Positions 28,001 to 41,100 of a stretch of 64,000 nucleotides of DNA are shown here, one piece after another. Both the position numbers and the translations under genes were made by a program. The DNA lies in the NCBI GenBank assembly GCA_964035545.1, contig OZ037772.1:8239150-8303149 (forward strand), read 5' to 3'. The first letter of the stretch is position 1. The number at the start of each line of letters is the position of its first letter. This stretch comes from Bugula neritina (taxonomy: Eukaryota > Animalia > Bryozoa). The notes under the pieces were generated by a model. It had not been told where the DNA came from and did not search any database. It saw only the letters and a program-made list of their open reading frames with translations.

Positions 28001-31000
28001 GTACGGCAAGAGGACTCTCAGGAACCACCCCTCTATCAAATTGGGGACTGGGTGTGGATGGTCAACTACCGTAGGCGTCGAGGACAAGCGGCTAAGCTCC
28101 AGCCCAAGTTCGTGGGACCCTGCGTGGTAGTTGAGGCGATGCCCAATCATACGTACAAGTTGGAGCGCTCTGGACAGGTCTCTGTCCAGAATGAAGCCCG
28201 CTTGAAACCGTATTGGGCTAGCCCAGGAGCAGCAGGAGAAGCCCCGCCCCCCCTCCCCCCCCCCCCCCGTTGTTGAAGCCCAGGAGGCGGACAGCAACGC
28301 GCGGGCGGCAACGACATGGACCAGAATACGAAGTGGTTGTGCCGCGGGAGGAGGACTTGGTAAGGCAGGAAAGGCCACTCCCATCAACGGAAGTGCGCCC
28401 ACCGCCCCCAGTACCCAGTCTACCCCCACCACTTCCGGATCCGCATCCGCGTCCGGAAGTGCAAACCCCCCCACCCCCCCGTGGGAGGGGCTCCATCCGG
28501 AGACAATGTCGGGGAAGAAAATACCATCACCAAAGACGGGCCAGAAACGCCACAGGTGGAGCAAAATAGCCCATCAGTGAGTACACCGCCCCGACCAACA
28601 TCTACACCACCCTCCCCAGCTAGTACGTCACCTCCCTTGGAACGGGGACAGCGTACTAGACAATCCCCAGCATACTTGAAAGACTTCGAATGTGACCGCG
28701 TTACAAATGGCAGTTACGAAAGTCTAGCTGGGCACCGTACGGAAAGACTGGCAGCAAAAGGTGGGAGTTGTGAACACCACGGGAATACTAACTTTTGCGA
28801 AGGCGAAGTAGTAGACAAAACTACTACGCCCGAAGCAAATAGTTCCAGCCGTGCGCAGCAACCACGCTGTCCAGCCTTTTCGTACGCTGATATCGTCAAG
28901 GGCAGACATATACAAACTCAATCCACTAACGTCCAAGCTTGAACGCTGAGTATGATTTCAAATGCCGGGTTCCCAGGTAAGCTTGCTCTGACCTAACATT
29001 CCCACTCATGGAATCAGGTCTAACATCAGTTAGTTCTGATTTAATCGCTCTGATTGAATCAGAACTACTGGGGACTGAGTCTCACGTGAAAGACGACGAG
29101 AACATAACTATGGCCGACGATCTACTAGATCTGGAGCTTGACACTATGTATCCCAGTCAGTCTACACGCCACGACACATTCCTTCGAGTGCCGTCTAAAA
29201 AGATGCATGACTCTCAGACTAGGAACAGTCGGTTGTCATCAGAATTATGCTGTAAAGATAACACTCGATCTAACAATAATTCTGCTCTTTTAGATACCAC
29301 TCGCTCTTCTCTCTCTCAGGACATACCGCCATCAGAGATAGCTTTGGATGAGGAATCTACCCCCGTCACGCTACCGGAAGCACTCCTAACTAAATCATGC
29401 TGAATTACCAGGGATACCAAGGCACTCATCCAGGAGCATAAAGGCGATGACCAATGCACCACCTGCCGTTTGTGTCAGCTTCATTTCACCACACCTTGCA
29501 GAATCCGAGTCCACATCCCCCAACATTATGTCACCACCTTTTGTCCCTGTGGTGAATACAGTTACCACAGGGACTACATCCTCCGTCATCAACGGACCAT
29601 GGGATGCCATGTTAGACATCTCTACGGAGTCGACAAACCCTCTTTCCCGCAATTCCTCGATCTTATCAGGCCATTCATCTCAGACCCGTCTCGCTACGAA
29701 CGGTTGCGCCAAGAGTTCCCCGCGCCCCGTATCATCACACAAGGACCTTGCCCCAAGCCCCGGGGTTCAAGACACTCCGAACGCCCCGTCCATCACCTCC
29801 CGCTCACACAGTTCCCCTTCCCAACTCCATACCTATGGTCCTGCTGCAACTCATCGAAGTGCCCCAACGATGGCGTCCCTCCCCTCCCGTTTCCCCACGC
29901 CCCTCCCGTAAGCGACGTTGGCCATCTTCATCTCCCAGTCGCCACTCTGCTCCCGCCCGGAACCTGAAGGAAACCGAAGACCAAATACGTGAATTGAAGA
30001 GAGAAGTCCATAGGTTGGCGCCTAGGATATCTGCCGCCGCTTCCGAACTCCGGGCTCTCAGCGACTCTGTGGCCCAATTGAAGAAGAGTGCCTAACTTTC
30101 CCCTTTCTTTACTTGCCCCCGTTCTCCGGTATGCCGCAGGTGGTGTCTCCCTTACAGCCCTCCATCTCGTGCCCGGTGCCATAACAAATCTCCCAGTGTG
30201 ACACTCTGATAGCTATAAGTGCCTCTTCCCGTTAGTAACACGGTGTCGTTTTCATACTGTTGTATATTTTTTTTGTATTTGTGTTTTTTTATGTACATAC
30301 CATACGCGCTCTCTCTCTCTATTTTATATTTTAAGTATTGTATTTTTTTATTAATTGTATCTGTGTTATCAGGAAGGTAGGCTCCCTGCTGGGGGGGGCG
30401 GTGTAGTGGAGCACGCAATACGCGCATCCACGTGTCCCCTAGCCAATTAGAGATGCGTCAGGTGACAACCCCCAGCGATGCGCAACAAGAGAGTAGTCAG
30501 TAGAGAGAGCGTACTAGCATTAGAAAGATGTAATACTTTTAATCCGTGTGCTTTCTTTTATCATTTTATTAGTATGTAATTATAATGAAATCTCTTCTAA
30601 TCTTATCAAAGGCCCTATCTTGCGGTGGATAACCAAGTCATAATTACAAGCTAGGAACTCACGCACAGTAATTGCACGAATTACTACAATATGAGTATTT
30701 TTATTTTAATAAGGTTTTTTTGTAATACGTTACTTATGCTTTATTTTTACCATAAGTGATGCAATTGAGGTTGTGTTTTAAACAAATTACTAATTTTAGC
30801 TAGCCAAAACACCATATTGTTGTAGTTTTGTGCACTACTAAAATTGGTTTTATTTTGTGTTGGTAATTACTGCATATCCACTGTGAGGTTATGTGAAGAA
30901 CCGAACGAGTTGATCATGTAACGAGAGAACTTTATTTAAGTCAATTACACTCGATGAAATCAGTATACATATAAAATCAAAAAAGAGTACAATAGTCGAA

Positions 31001-32037
31001 ACAAATACATATTATAGTCAACCTAGTTAGCTACTAACACTGTCCAAGACTGCTGCGGGTGCCAGAAGGCATTGCTTATATACACAGAGTGGATCCTGAT
31101 TGGATTACACAAGATTTCGGTGGTCTTGTCCGTAGTTGCTGGTGGTGTCGAGCGTAGTTACTAGCAGGGCACTGCATAGAAATGCGGCATTACTTGGAGT
31201 TGTCGTTCTTGACCATAATCTATTGAGTTATGTTTAGCAGGGGGTAATGGAGGTATACTTTCCATAACCATTACAATATTCACATCTAGGCATAATCTCA
31301 TTAATATTTTCAGACCACAGTCTATCACTGCCACATCTAATGAGTCTAATACCCAGGATCCAGGGAACTCTAATTTCAAAGAGTCTGCTTATGAAACTGG
31401 AGCTGGAACGGACGAGAAGCAAACCAGTGAACTTGGGACTGAAGAGAGTATGTCACATATTTTAATAATTGCCTTTCTTACGCTTCATGTTATCAGGCTT
31501 AACTTATTTAAACTAAATGTTGCGTGGTCTAGGGGTTAGAGCGGTTGCCTAGTAAACACGAAGGTCATGGGTTCAAGCCCGGACAAAGGCCATTGGTGAT
31601 GTTAGGAAGAGCATCCAGTCATAATTGCTCCTGCGCCTCATTTAAATAAGTCCTTAGCCGCTTTAACAAAAACCCTTTCTATCAGGGGTTTCTCACAGGG
31701 ATAGTGACTATAAACTTGCGTGAGTTGGGTTTTAAATATAGAAGTGTGTTTATTCTCGCAGACTGAGGGAAAAAAAAAATAATAAATAACAGAAAGTGCT
31801 GGATGTTTGATACTCTAAAAAGATAGCTATTTTGTGGTAGCCAAAGTCATTGTATATCAACAACAAAGAAAACCATAATGTAGCTAACATAGCTATGAGA
31901 ATATGATTATAGCTGTTTAACAAGAACTTCTCAAGCTGATGTAATGACCCAACATTAATATTCGCGTGTGCCTGCGTGTGCCTGCGTGTGCCTGCGTGTG
32001 CCTGCGTGTGCCTGCGTGTGCCTGCGTGTGTATGTGT

Positions 32038-32078
<41 letters not shown>

Positions 32079-32102
32079 TGTATGCGTGTGCATGCGTGTG
32101 CA

Positions 32103-32154
<52 letters not shown>

Positions 32155-35100
32155 TGTGTGTGTGCGTGTGTGTGTGCATGTGCACGCGCCTGTGTGTGTG
32201 CATGTGTATGTGTAGACATGTAACTAGAACTGAGTGAATCAACACCAAGAAAATGAAATTTGCGAGAGTCTTGTTGCATATAATTTTGGCAATAGTTAAA
32301 ATATTTATACATGATTAATGCCCATTCAGGTGAAATTGGAGAAAGTTTAGAAACAATGGAAAATATATCTGACTTCAATCCTAAACAAACTACGACAAAA
32401 GTCGAAAAAGAGACTAAAGAAAAACTTTCTGCTAAAGGTGAGTTGGTAATATGTTTTCAAATAAATACAAAGCGTTTCACATGGTTGTAAATTTGTGTGA
32501 AGCAAACAGTTTTTAATAGTTTGCTTTTAGAATACTTTGTCTTATTTCTAAAAAGATGCAAATTTTGTGGAAAAAATTAACTTTTTAATACCATACTTTC
32601 TATTTCAACAAATTAACTTTGGCCTTTGGCGATCAACTTTGAAGTTACATAATTTTAAGCCTCGTTTGAGTTTATCGCGAAATTTGCTAACAAATTTTGC
32701 ATAACTTTCAATTTCATTATTAAAAAGTTACACTTGATTTTGGCCTTATATAAACTGGGTAATATAATTTTGAGAGTATTTTCTTTTATAAAAAGCTTCT
32801 TAAAGTGACGGGAGACCTCAATTCTAGCTAAAATCAGTCATTTTAATTTGCCTCTCAAAACCGCTATTTTAAAATTGAAACTTCAAAATGATAAAATTAA
32901 TTTATAATATGATTCAAAATATAGTGAATTTAACATTTTTATTTATTTAGATGTTCTTCTAAATGTTATAATCTGAATAAAATAAACTGGCTCTCTATAA
33001 TTTGACAGCAGTTTCATGCATTTGAAAGTAGCGTTAAAATTTACTGACAATTTTGAAATTTAGGGATTAAATTGAAAAGCAACTAGCTGGCTTGGTAGCT
33101 ATTAATTTAATCAAATTTAATGGCTCTAATTATTCCAAAATTATTAAGCTGCCCTAACAACCTCAATTACAAAAAGTTTTAGGCTTTTTGGTTGAAAACT
33201 GGAAGTTTAAAGTAAGCGCTATTGTTTGTTTACCTAAAAGACCATATATGGTCCATTGATCTGTAGATAGTGTCGCTTTCAGGGACATATATGGTCCATT
33301 GATCGCGTAAGGGTTAAATCAAAGTTAGGCTGCTCTTGTTCTCTCAATTCTAATACAGTGCGCAATTATTGATTATTAAAGTTTTTTAATAAGATTTTGT
33401 TTTGTCAAATGCAGCTTATCTTATGTGAAAAGGCTTAGGATTTATTGCTATTGGTGGTTATTATAGATATGATTGGTAAAACTAACACCAGGATTTTGGC
33501 AATAGAAAATGTCTTAAAAATAATTCTGAAACAATGCTTGTTGAGTAGCTTATCATGGTGGAGAACAGCTAAAGGATTAAATTGAGAACCACCACTAAGG
33601 CAATTAGTGTGTTTAAAGTAAAGAAACAGTAAATATTGAAGTCAATAATATTTTACTTATCTTAACTAAAACTACAGCCACTCTGTGATTCACAGGATAG
33701 TTAAGGGCAACCTTTTAGCTGCAACTGCCTTGCTGAGGTTTGCATTGTAATCATATAAGAATTCAGTACCAGTAAAATAAAATCTCACCTAATTGTGCTA
33801 GAGTCAAAATTTAAAAACTATGTTGTAGATCTTCTTTTTCTCCAGTGTAAGTTTTTTGGAAATTTCAATTTTCATTTTTTTTGCGAAGTTATAGACAAAA
33901 AACTGCCGAATTTTGGCCAATTTTGCCTGAAAAGCTGACTTTTCAGTACCAGTAAAATATCTCAGCAGCAAAGCATGATATCTGAATAAAAATTGCACTG
34001 CTGGAATCCTGAGATATTTCTCCAGTGTAAGTTTTTTTCTTTTTTCAATAACTCTGCTAGATTGCTCATAAATTGGTGATTTATACACTGAAAATGCCAT
34101 ATTTTCTCATAAGAAACTAGCAGCGCGCAGCACTTCACGCTTCACTGAGCACGTAGGGATGAGAAGATATTGGCACCTACATAATAATTACAGGCTAGCT
34201 AACTGGCAGGCTATAATGAATAGCTTGCTTTGTACTTTGTTTATGTAGCACCAATAATGGAATGTTGATAGATAACGCAGCCCTAACGAAGGTTGCTGCT
34301 TATTGGTTGTAGTTTAATCTTAGGCTAAACAATTACAAGTAGGCAACACGCATGCCACCCGCAGAGCAATATTATTCAAGAACCCGAACTACATTTTGAG
34401 AGAAATTTATGATATTCTCAGTGAGGATGCCCTTAACTATCCTGTGTTGTTGAATTTGCTTTTTAGATAAGTCTGAACAACTTGTTGAGCCATTGACCAG
34501 AACTCTTGGAGTGACTGACTTTTCTGATGAGGAAAGCGCTATCCCAAAACATAGAAAAGGTTCGTGATCATTTCATAATTATTATAAATTTTAGTGGCTT
34601 ACTTTTATGCAATTGAGATTGTAAGAAAGTTAATATTTTGTATGTAGAAGGTTACACATGCTGGTTCCGACATTCTGGGATGGATCCAGTAGTTGGTAAG
34701 ATTAGTGAAAAAGAGACTGATACTTACTCTAAAAAGGAAATAATGAGGACTATAGGAAAATACATGATCACAGATCTAAAGATTGAGGGTGACATACCTT
34801 TGACCATTACTGAAATAGCTCCAAAAGTTACTAATCTCTGTGTCCGATCTCTGACCAACTCTAACAGTCTAGAGGTGTAAGTGTGTGTCTGTGTTTTACA
34901 TTTATACCATTTATATGTGTCTGGTTACTCAACATGACAATAAATAATATTTGTTTACTGCAGTCTCCCTCAACTCACACACCTCCGTCTACTAGACTTG
35001 TCTGAAAATGACCTGGGTGTTTTGCCTGAATGTATATCGAAGATGACATCACTCAAACACCTGTGTCTTGTGGATTGCAATTTGTCTAGATTACCAAAGG

Positions 35101-38100
35101 GGTGAGTTACTAAAATGTTTATCTCAATTCTAATAGTGCTGGTCATGTAATCTAGTATACAGAACGTGTTTAGTCATGTTCTTCCTCTGTTTCAGTCTTT
35201 CTCGGCTCCACAATCTACAGACGTTAAATGTATCTGACAATAGTTTTGACAAGGGAATGTTGCCTGCAGTAATATTGAAGATGAGCTCTCTCATTGAGCT
35301 ACATCTGGTTGATTGCCAATTACTTTCATTACGCAAAAGGTTAGTTGTTTGTTGGTTGAAAAGCTGTGTAACTAATAAACTTTAAAGTTTTGTATTGAGA
35401 GAATAAACTTGATTTAACAGCCAAGCAGCTTTCAGCTGCCACCATGACCTGAGGTGCGGCCACTGAATTTAGGTAAAAATGGCACAGGTAATAATGGCAC
35501 AGATAATAATGGAATAAGTGGAAGTTATCTAAAAATGGCAAACTTATGTTCAATTTAGCTAAACCCCAAACTCGCATTCTAAACCCCTAACCCCACCCTA
35601 AACTCTAATATTGAAACTGTGCTACTCTTACTACTTTGTTGTGTGTGCCATTATTACCTGTGCCATTACTACCTGTGCCATCTTTACCGTGCCATTTTTT
35701 ACCTGTACCATTTTTACTAGACACGGTGGCCACCCCATGGTCACACCTCAGCTTTTTTCCCAACAAGCCAACACAGGTTGGCACGTTAAGGTGCTCTGTA
35801 CCAGACACCGGTTTCACTCTGTACCCCCTTACCAGCACTACTTTTACTGGTAGGCAAATAAAAACTAGTTTTTGTTATTAGAAGTAATAATAGCTAGTAG
35901 GAAAAAAATATTAGAAGCAGTAGTGAAAATGATAAGAAGAAGTGATACTTGAAGGTAATAACCGTTATCAGAAAGCAAGATTTCAAATTTATCTGCCGCT
36001 GTTGCAGTCAAAAATGAAAAAGAAACACGAGCAAGCAATATGGCCGCTCAACGGGAACACTTAGTGGTTTGCACGTAGAACTCTCATTTTGTTTGTGTGA
36101 TTCATCTGAAAAATTTTGGTATGAAAGACATGGCTAATGTTTATTGTAGAGTCTTCACCAGTAGCATCTCATCACTGAAGCGCCTTCAAGTGCTAAACCT
36201 GTCTTTGAATAGACTTCCTACAAGTATCTTAGATGCTGTGTTACCGCCCCTGGTATCCTTGAGAGAATTGAATTTGAGCTAAAGATTTTACCAAAGAGGT
36301 ATGCCAAATATAAAAAGATGTGATTACAATTCCATAAATCTAAACTCAGTTTAGTACTAACTATAATAACTCAAAATGCTTTTAGAGCTTGTGCAGCATT
36401 GTATCCAATCGTTGTGGCAACTTACTTTTTCATGAAAGTTGAATTGTATTTGACAAGAATAATTATTTTATACAATTGAAATGAAGTTTTACTCCATTTA
36501 AATATTACATAAAACTTATATAAGAATAAAGAATTTGTTCTGTGAAGTTCTGTCCACATTCAGAAAAACTATTCAACTCCGAAAAACACAGCTGATTTTG
36601 CCTATCATCTTTTATAGAAAACCAGTGTTTTTAAAGTAGTTTGGTTAGGCAGTAGTTGAGCATGCTACAGTATTTGTCAAGCAAAAGCTTTCTTCATTTT
36701 AATTTAATCACTTTGTTTCCCAATGTGTCTGCTGTGTGCCTTTTACTAATATTGTAGTGATTTTTAGCGCGCAGTGATTTTAGATTTATTTTTCCAAATT
36801 TTTCGTTTAACTACAGTGATTTTTGTGAAATTATGTAAACCGATCTCTGCCAAAAATTGGAAGTGTGAAGGTGTCGCGACTTCCCACTAGGTTTGATGGC
36901 AACTGATTGTCAGATCCGATCGGATTTAATCGAATGTGATCGGACATGTCCGAGGCTCTGACATCTTCGCAGGAACCCTGATTTTCGGACGCAATCAGTA
37001 AAAGATTCGCGAAGGGACAATTTTCCAGTATATAAGAAGGCGAGCTCACAGAGTAGAATCAGTCTACCACTGGAGCTCACTAGATCAAGACACACAAATA
37101 TTCTTACAGCATTTAATAAATATTATTCTACTCAACACGGACAACATATCTTGTTTCTTATATTACGGAGTTATGCTTCCCTTTTAATTGCATTCTACCC
37201 ACAAAACTACTACAATATACACTCAAACTAATATTATGTATTTCTCTATTGTTTTACACGAGTGGCCTCACGTTACTATAAAACGTAATATAATGTTCTA
37301 CAGCATATCTTCACTGAGAAACCTTGAAGTGTTGAATGTCACTGGTAATGTGCTCTCTGATAATCAACCGGATAATGCATTCTCTTCTTTACTATTATTG
37401 AGAGAGTTGAACATGGAGAACTGTCAGCTGAAAACTCTTCCAAAGAGGTATTCATATCATATAATCTAATATTTCTCTTGCTGCGTTTTTTTTATTTGGT
37501 TCATATATCTGCTGTAAAAACCAGTAATAAATTTGAATGAACATGTGCCAGTTTTTATAGCAGTATTATAAAACAATACAGATGTTATCGCATATTATCG
37601 TATACGTTATCATATATTATAGTTTGTTATTTTCTCATGAATTATAGTACACATTGCTATAAATCATAATATGTGTTCTTATATATTATAGTATATGCAT
37701 GCTGAAGAATCTTGAATATTTGAATCTATCTGAAAACTATCTAAAAAAGTGTTTACCAGAAGACATGTTCATCTCTTTGCTCTCACTGCAAAAAGTCAAC
37801 CTCCGACATGCTGGACTGGACTCTCTGCCAAAGAGGTAAATCTTTCAATATTGTGCTTTAGCACTTGCACAGCCAAATAGTGTGCACAGCAAGCAAATTT
37901 AAGATTTTTCAAAAGTAATTGTCGTTTGTCTTGCTTATAAAGAGTGTGAATTTTCAAGGTTCAAAATATCAGTAGGAGCTGTTATCTCTTTTGACTCAAT
38001 TTATTTCCCATTTGTTAATAAATAAGCTTGTATTGTATAGCTATATTATTACTCAAGAGGGGCAAGTAGATGAATTTGAATGAAAATATCTTGCTTATTT

Positions 38101-41100
38101 AGTCACCAAATATAGCTAATATAGTTATTTTCCAAAACCATAATAGCTAGGAGGGAACATTGGACTAATATGTACATGTTGAACTGCATAAAAATAGGAA
38201 TGTTTGAGGCTGACTGATTATACCTTTCAGTGAACTCCACACACTAATATCTATATGTTATTGGACTTATCATTATCTTGGGAAAATATCCTTACATGCT
38301 TGATAAATAGATTAATTTTTTCAGCAAGATTAAATGCCAAACAAGTAGCTTTAGTGGAAATATTTTTTTATGTTTGTGCAATTTTTTGAAACTAAAGCTT
38401 GGCATTACTAGTTTCAACAACTATATTAATATTTCAACAACTAAATTTTATCTGTTTTTTCTTTTAGTGACTATCTTCAGTAGGCTATAGCGTAATTGAT
38501 TGCCACCACAGATATTTTGGGCTATTAATTTGTTTCTGCTCTATGATATATTATGTGCTGTTATATTTTATAGCATAGAGGGCCTTCAAAATTTGCAAAG
38601 CCTGGACACTTCAAACAACCACTTCATTCACTTACCGTCTTCTATATACACATTGAGTAGTCTACAGATATTAGACGTTTCCTACAACAATTCCTTGACA
38701 TCCTTGGATCCAGAAATATTGCAGCTCTCTCAACTGCAGGTTCTGAAAGTGGACGGCTGTTATGCTTTTACATCTCCACCACTAGCAGTATGTGAAAGAG
38801 GATTAAATGCTGTGCGACAGTACTACACAGATTTGGCTAAGGGTGCTGGTAAAAACTTACCACTTGTTACAGTGGCTGTATTAGGTAATGCACTGGCTGG
38901 GAAGACCAGTCTAATCAAAACGTTACAGAGCACTGACAAGAAGAGAATGCTGACTGACAGAAGTCCTAACGCTGAGATAGATGAGACTACAAAAGTTTTC
39001 AATGTTGAAGAAATTGAAGTAGATGGTACAGTGCTTCGTCTCATTGATATGGGAGGCCTGGAGGTCTACCACGTAACATATCAACTTACAATGAGACAAA
39101 ACTGCATACCATTAATTGTAGTCAACATGGAGCAGTATGATCAGATTTCAAGTGAGTGTCCAGTTAGAGAGGCTGTCAGAAGGCTGGCCTTTGACTTCAT
39201 GTCTCACCTCTATCTTGCTTATCCGTCTCTTGGCCCACCTAAGCTTGTTTTCACTCATAAAGACAAATTCTCAAACCTCGTATTTAGAAAGCTCCAACAG
39301 GATTTTTTCACAGTTTTACATCAGTTGTGTGCAGAAATTCTTGTAGAAGAGAAAGCATTAGGTGGTGAGGCTGTTCCAATGCAACACTTCAATGATTTAA
39401 TTGGACGAGTTTTTGCCAATGACGATATTTATGAGATTGGAAAAGAAAATGAGTACGAGGTGTTTGACAAGATAAAAAACTCCCTCCTTCAAAGCAGTCA
39501 ATGCTTTGTTAAATCTTTGCCTTTGATTTGGGAGGATGTTAATCGATTGGTTTTGTCTCTTTCATCTCCCTACAGCACTTTTGATAATATTCTAAAAACT
39601 GTACAAACAGAGCTTCAACACATTGAGTCAAGTCAGCTAGACATGATTTTCACATACATGCATGACTGTGGCAAGATTCTTTGGTATAAAGATATCAGCT
39701 CTCTTCATTTTTACATATTTCACAAAATTTCAGAGGTCACCAGACTTCTATGTGTTTTGCATCACCATGATTCAAGCATATGGCAAAGTCGAGTTGATCA
39801 ATTTTTGCCATATGTTTCAAAAGAGCAAATGTTTGTTGAAAAGGAAGACTTTGAGAGGTTTGTGAGTCATTTCACCAACACCGGTTTGATGAGGCAAGAC
39901 CTTCTTTGCTATCTAATTAGAAAAGAAACATCATTTAGCAGCGCAAAGGATGTAGAAGTTGCTGTTTGCTTACTTCAAACCTTTCGTCTGTTGCATGGTC
40001 CTATACAGGTTGGTTTCGAGGAGCCATGCTTTATTGTACCTCAGTTTTCCAATGATTACTACAGCACTTCCTACTCTCCACCGAAGAGCTTGGTCCTTCA
40101 AGTTGAAACACAGTTTAATGGATTGGCCTTACCACAGTATGTTTACCATCAGATGACTGTTGGTTTGCTGAAGCAGTTTCCTGGTGAATTTGCTGTCATG
40201 AAAGTGAAGAGAAATGGAGCTAACATCTACCAAGATGGAATACACACGCAGCTGGTACATGATAACAAGTCTAGAAAAATCTTGTTATACGTGGCATCCG
40301 ATGTTGCCAACATCAGCAGGATGTGGAAGACGCTCATCGCCACCTCCAACCACATACTGAAACCAGTTATGGAAACTTGGCCTGCAAGCAGGCTAGTCAC
40401 CGCAAGTTACTGCGCTCACTGCTTATTACTAGGACTTCCATGTCCTAAAAAGGTAATAAATCCTCGGTGGTGTCTTCGGTCCTTGAAGTCTCCCTTACCA
40501 AAGATCAAGCTGTGTAGCGGATCTTCAACCACCTTGTGTGCTGACGAGGAAATACCTTCTGCTATGGTCTACCCCTGTATGTTTATTTAACTTAATTTTA
40601 TTTAAAATTGTTTTCTTCAGATTTGAAATCTGACTTCCTAAAATATTCTATCTTATGAGAACGTAGCTTAGAGTAGACCTGTATACAAACACCTAATCGT
40701 TTCTTAGTCTACCAATAATATAGTAAAATTGAATCACCTCCATACTTTTGCACATTTTTGAGACAATGTCATTATTGCGAGTGCACATATGATATTCTAT
40801 ACGCAATTTTTGAGTAGTTTACATAAAACTAATATGTGAAAACATTTGTTGCGCAGGTGAGACAATCACAGAAGTTGAAGCTGAAAAATTGGATAAGTTT
40901 GTGAATGAACTGATGAGCCGGAGAGAAGCAAACAAAGCTTCTAAATCTGGTAAAGTACTAGTAGTTTAGGTTTAGGAATAACTGGTTTTAAAGCACTCCA
41001 ATTCTAAAAAAAGTTTAAAGTTTAAACAAAATATAGCACTCGTATAATAAAAATGGAATGAAGTTGTGAATGATTTCGCGTGGCAATAAATTATCTATAG

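Larger units (their letters stand above)
23116..30688 (+). mobile_element. Full-length but decayed Ty3/Gypsy LTR retrotransposon (element C), related to element A
   Basis: 287-bp LTRs at 23116-23402 and 30402-30688 (about 12 differences by eye). TSD ATAT. tRNA-Leu-type PBS TGGTGGCAGCGGTGAGAT (23404-23421). Polypurine tract 30391-30401. gag, pol and an extra 3' ORF. Confidence 0.97.

Noticed and set aside
29008-30095. env gene making element C an errantivirus-like element
   Set aside because: No signal peptide or transmembrane segment is visible; the ORF has zinc-finger features instead.
31522-31595. tRNA gene (also 56278-56350)
   Set aside because: A and B boxes are present, but there is no convincing cloverleaf, and both copies continue into a shared non-tRNA body, so this is a SINE head.
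33240-33317. piggyBac-like right end (AGGG-TTAA with a duplicated CATATATGGTCCATTGATC)
   Set aside because: No matching left end or transposase was found in the window.
38500-38573. Start of the 696-aa ORF as a standalone gene
   Set aside because: TTG start in intron-like sequence. An acceptor at 38573 matches the phase of the upstream LRR exons.
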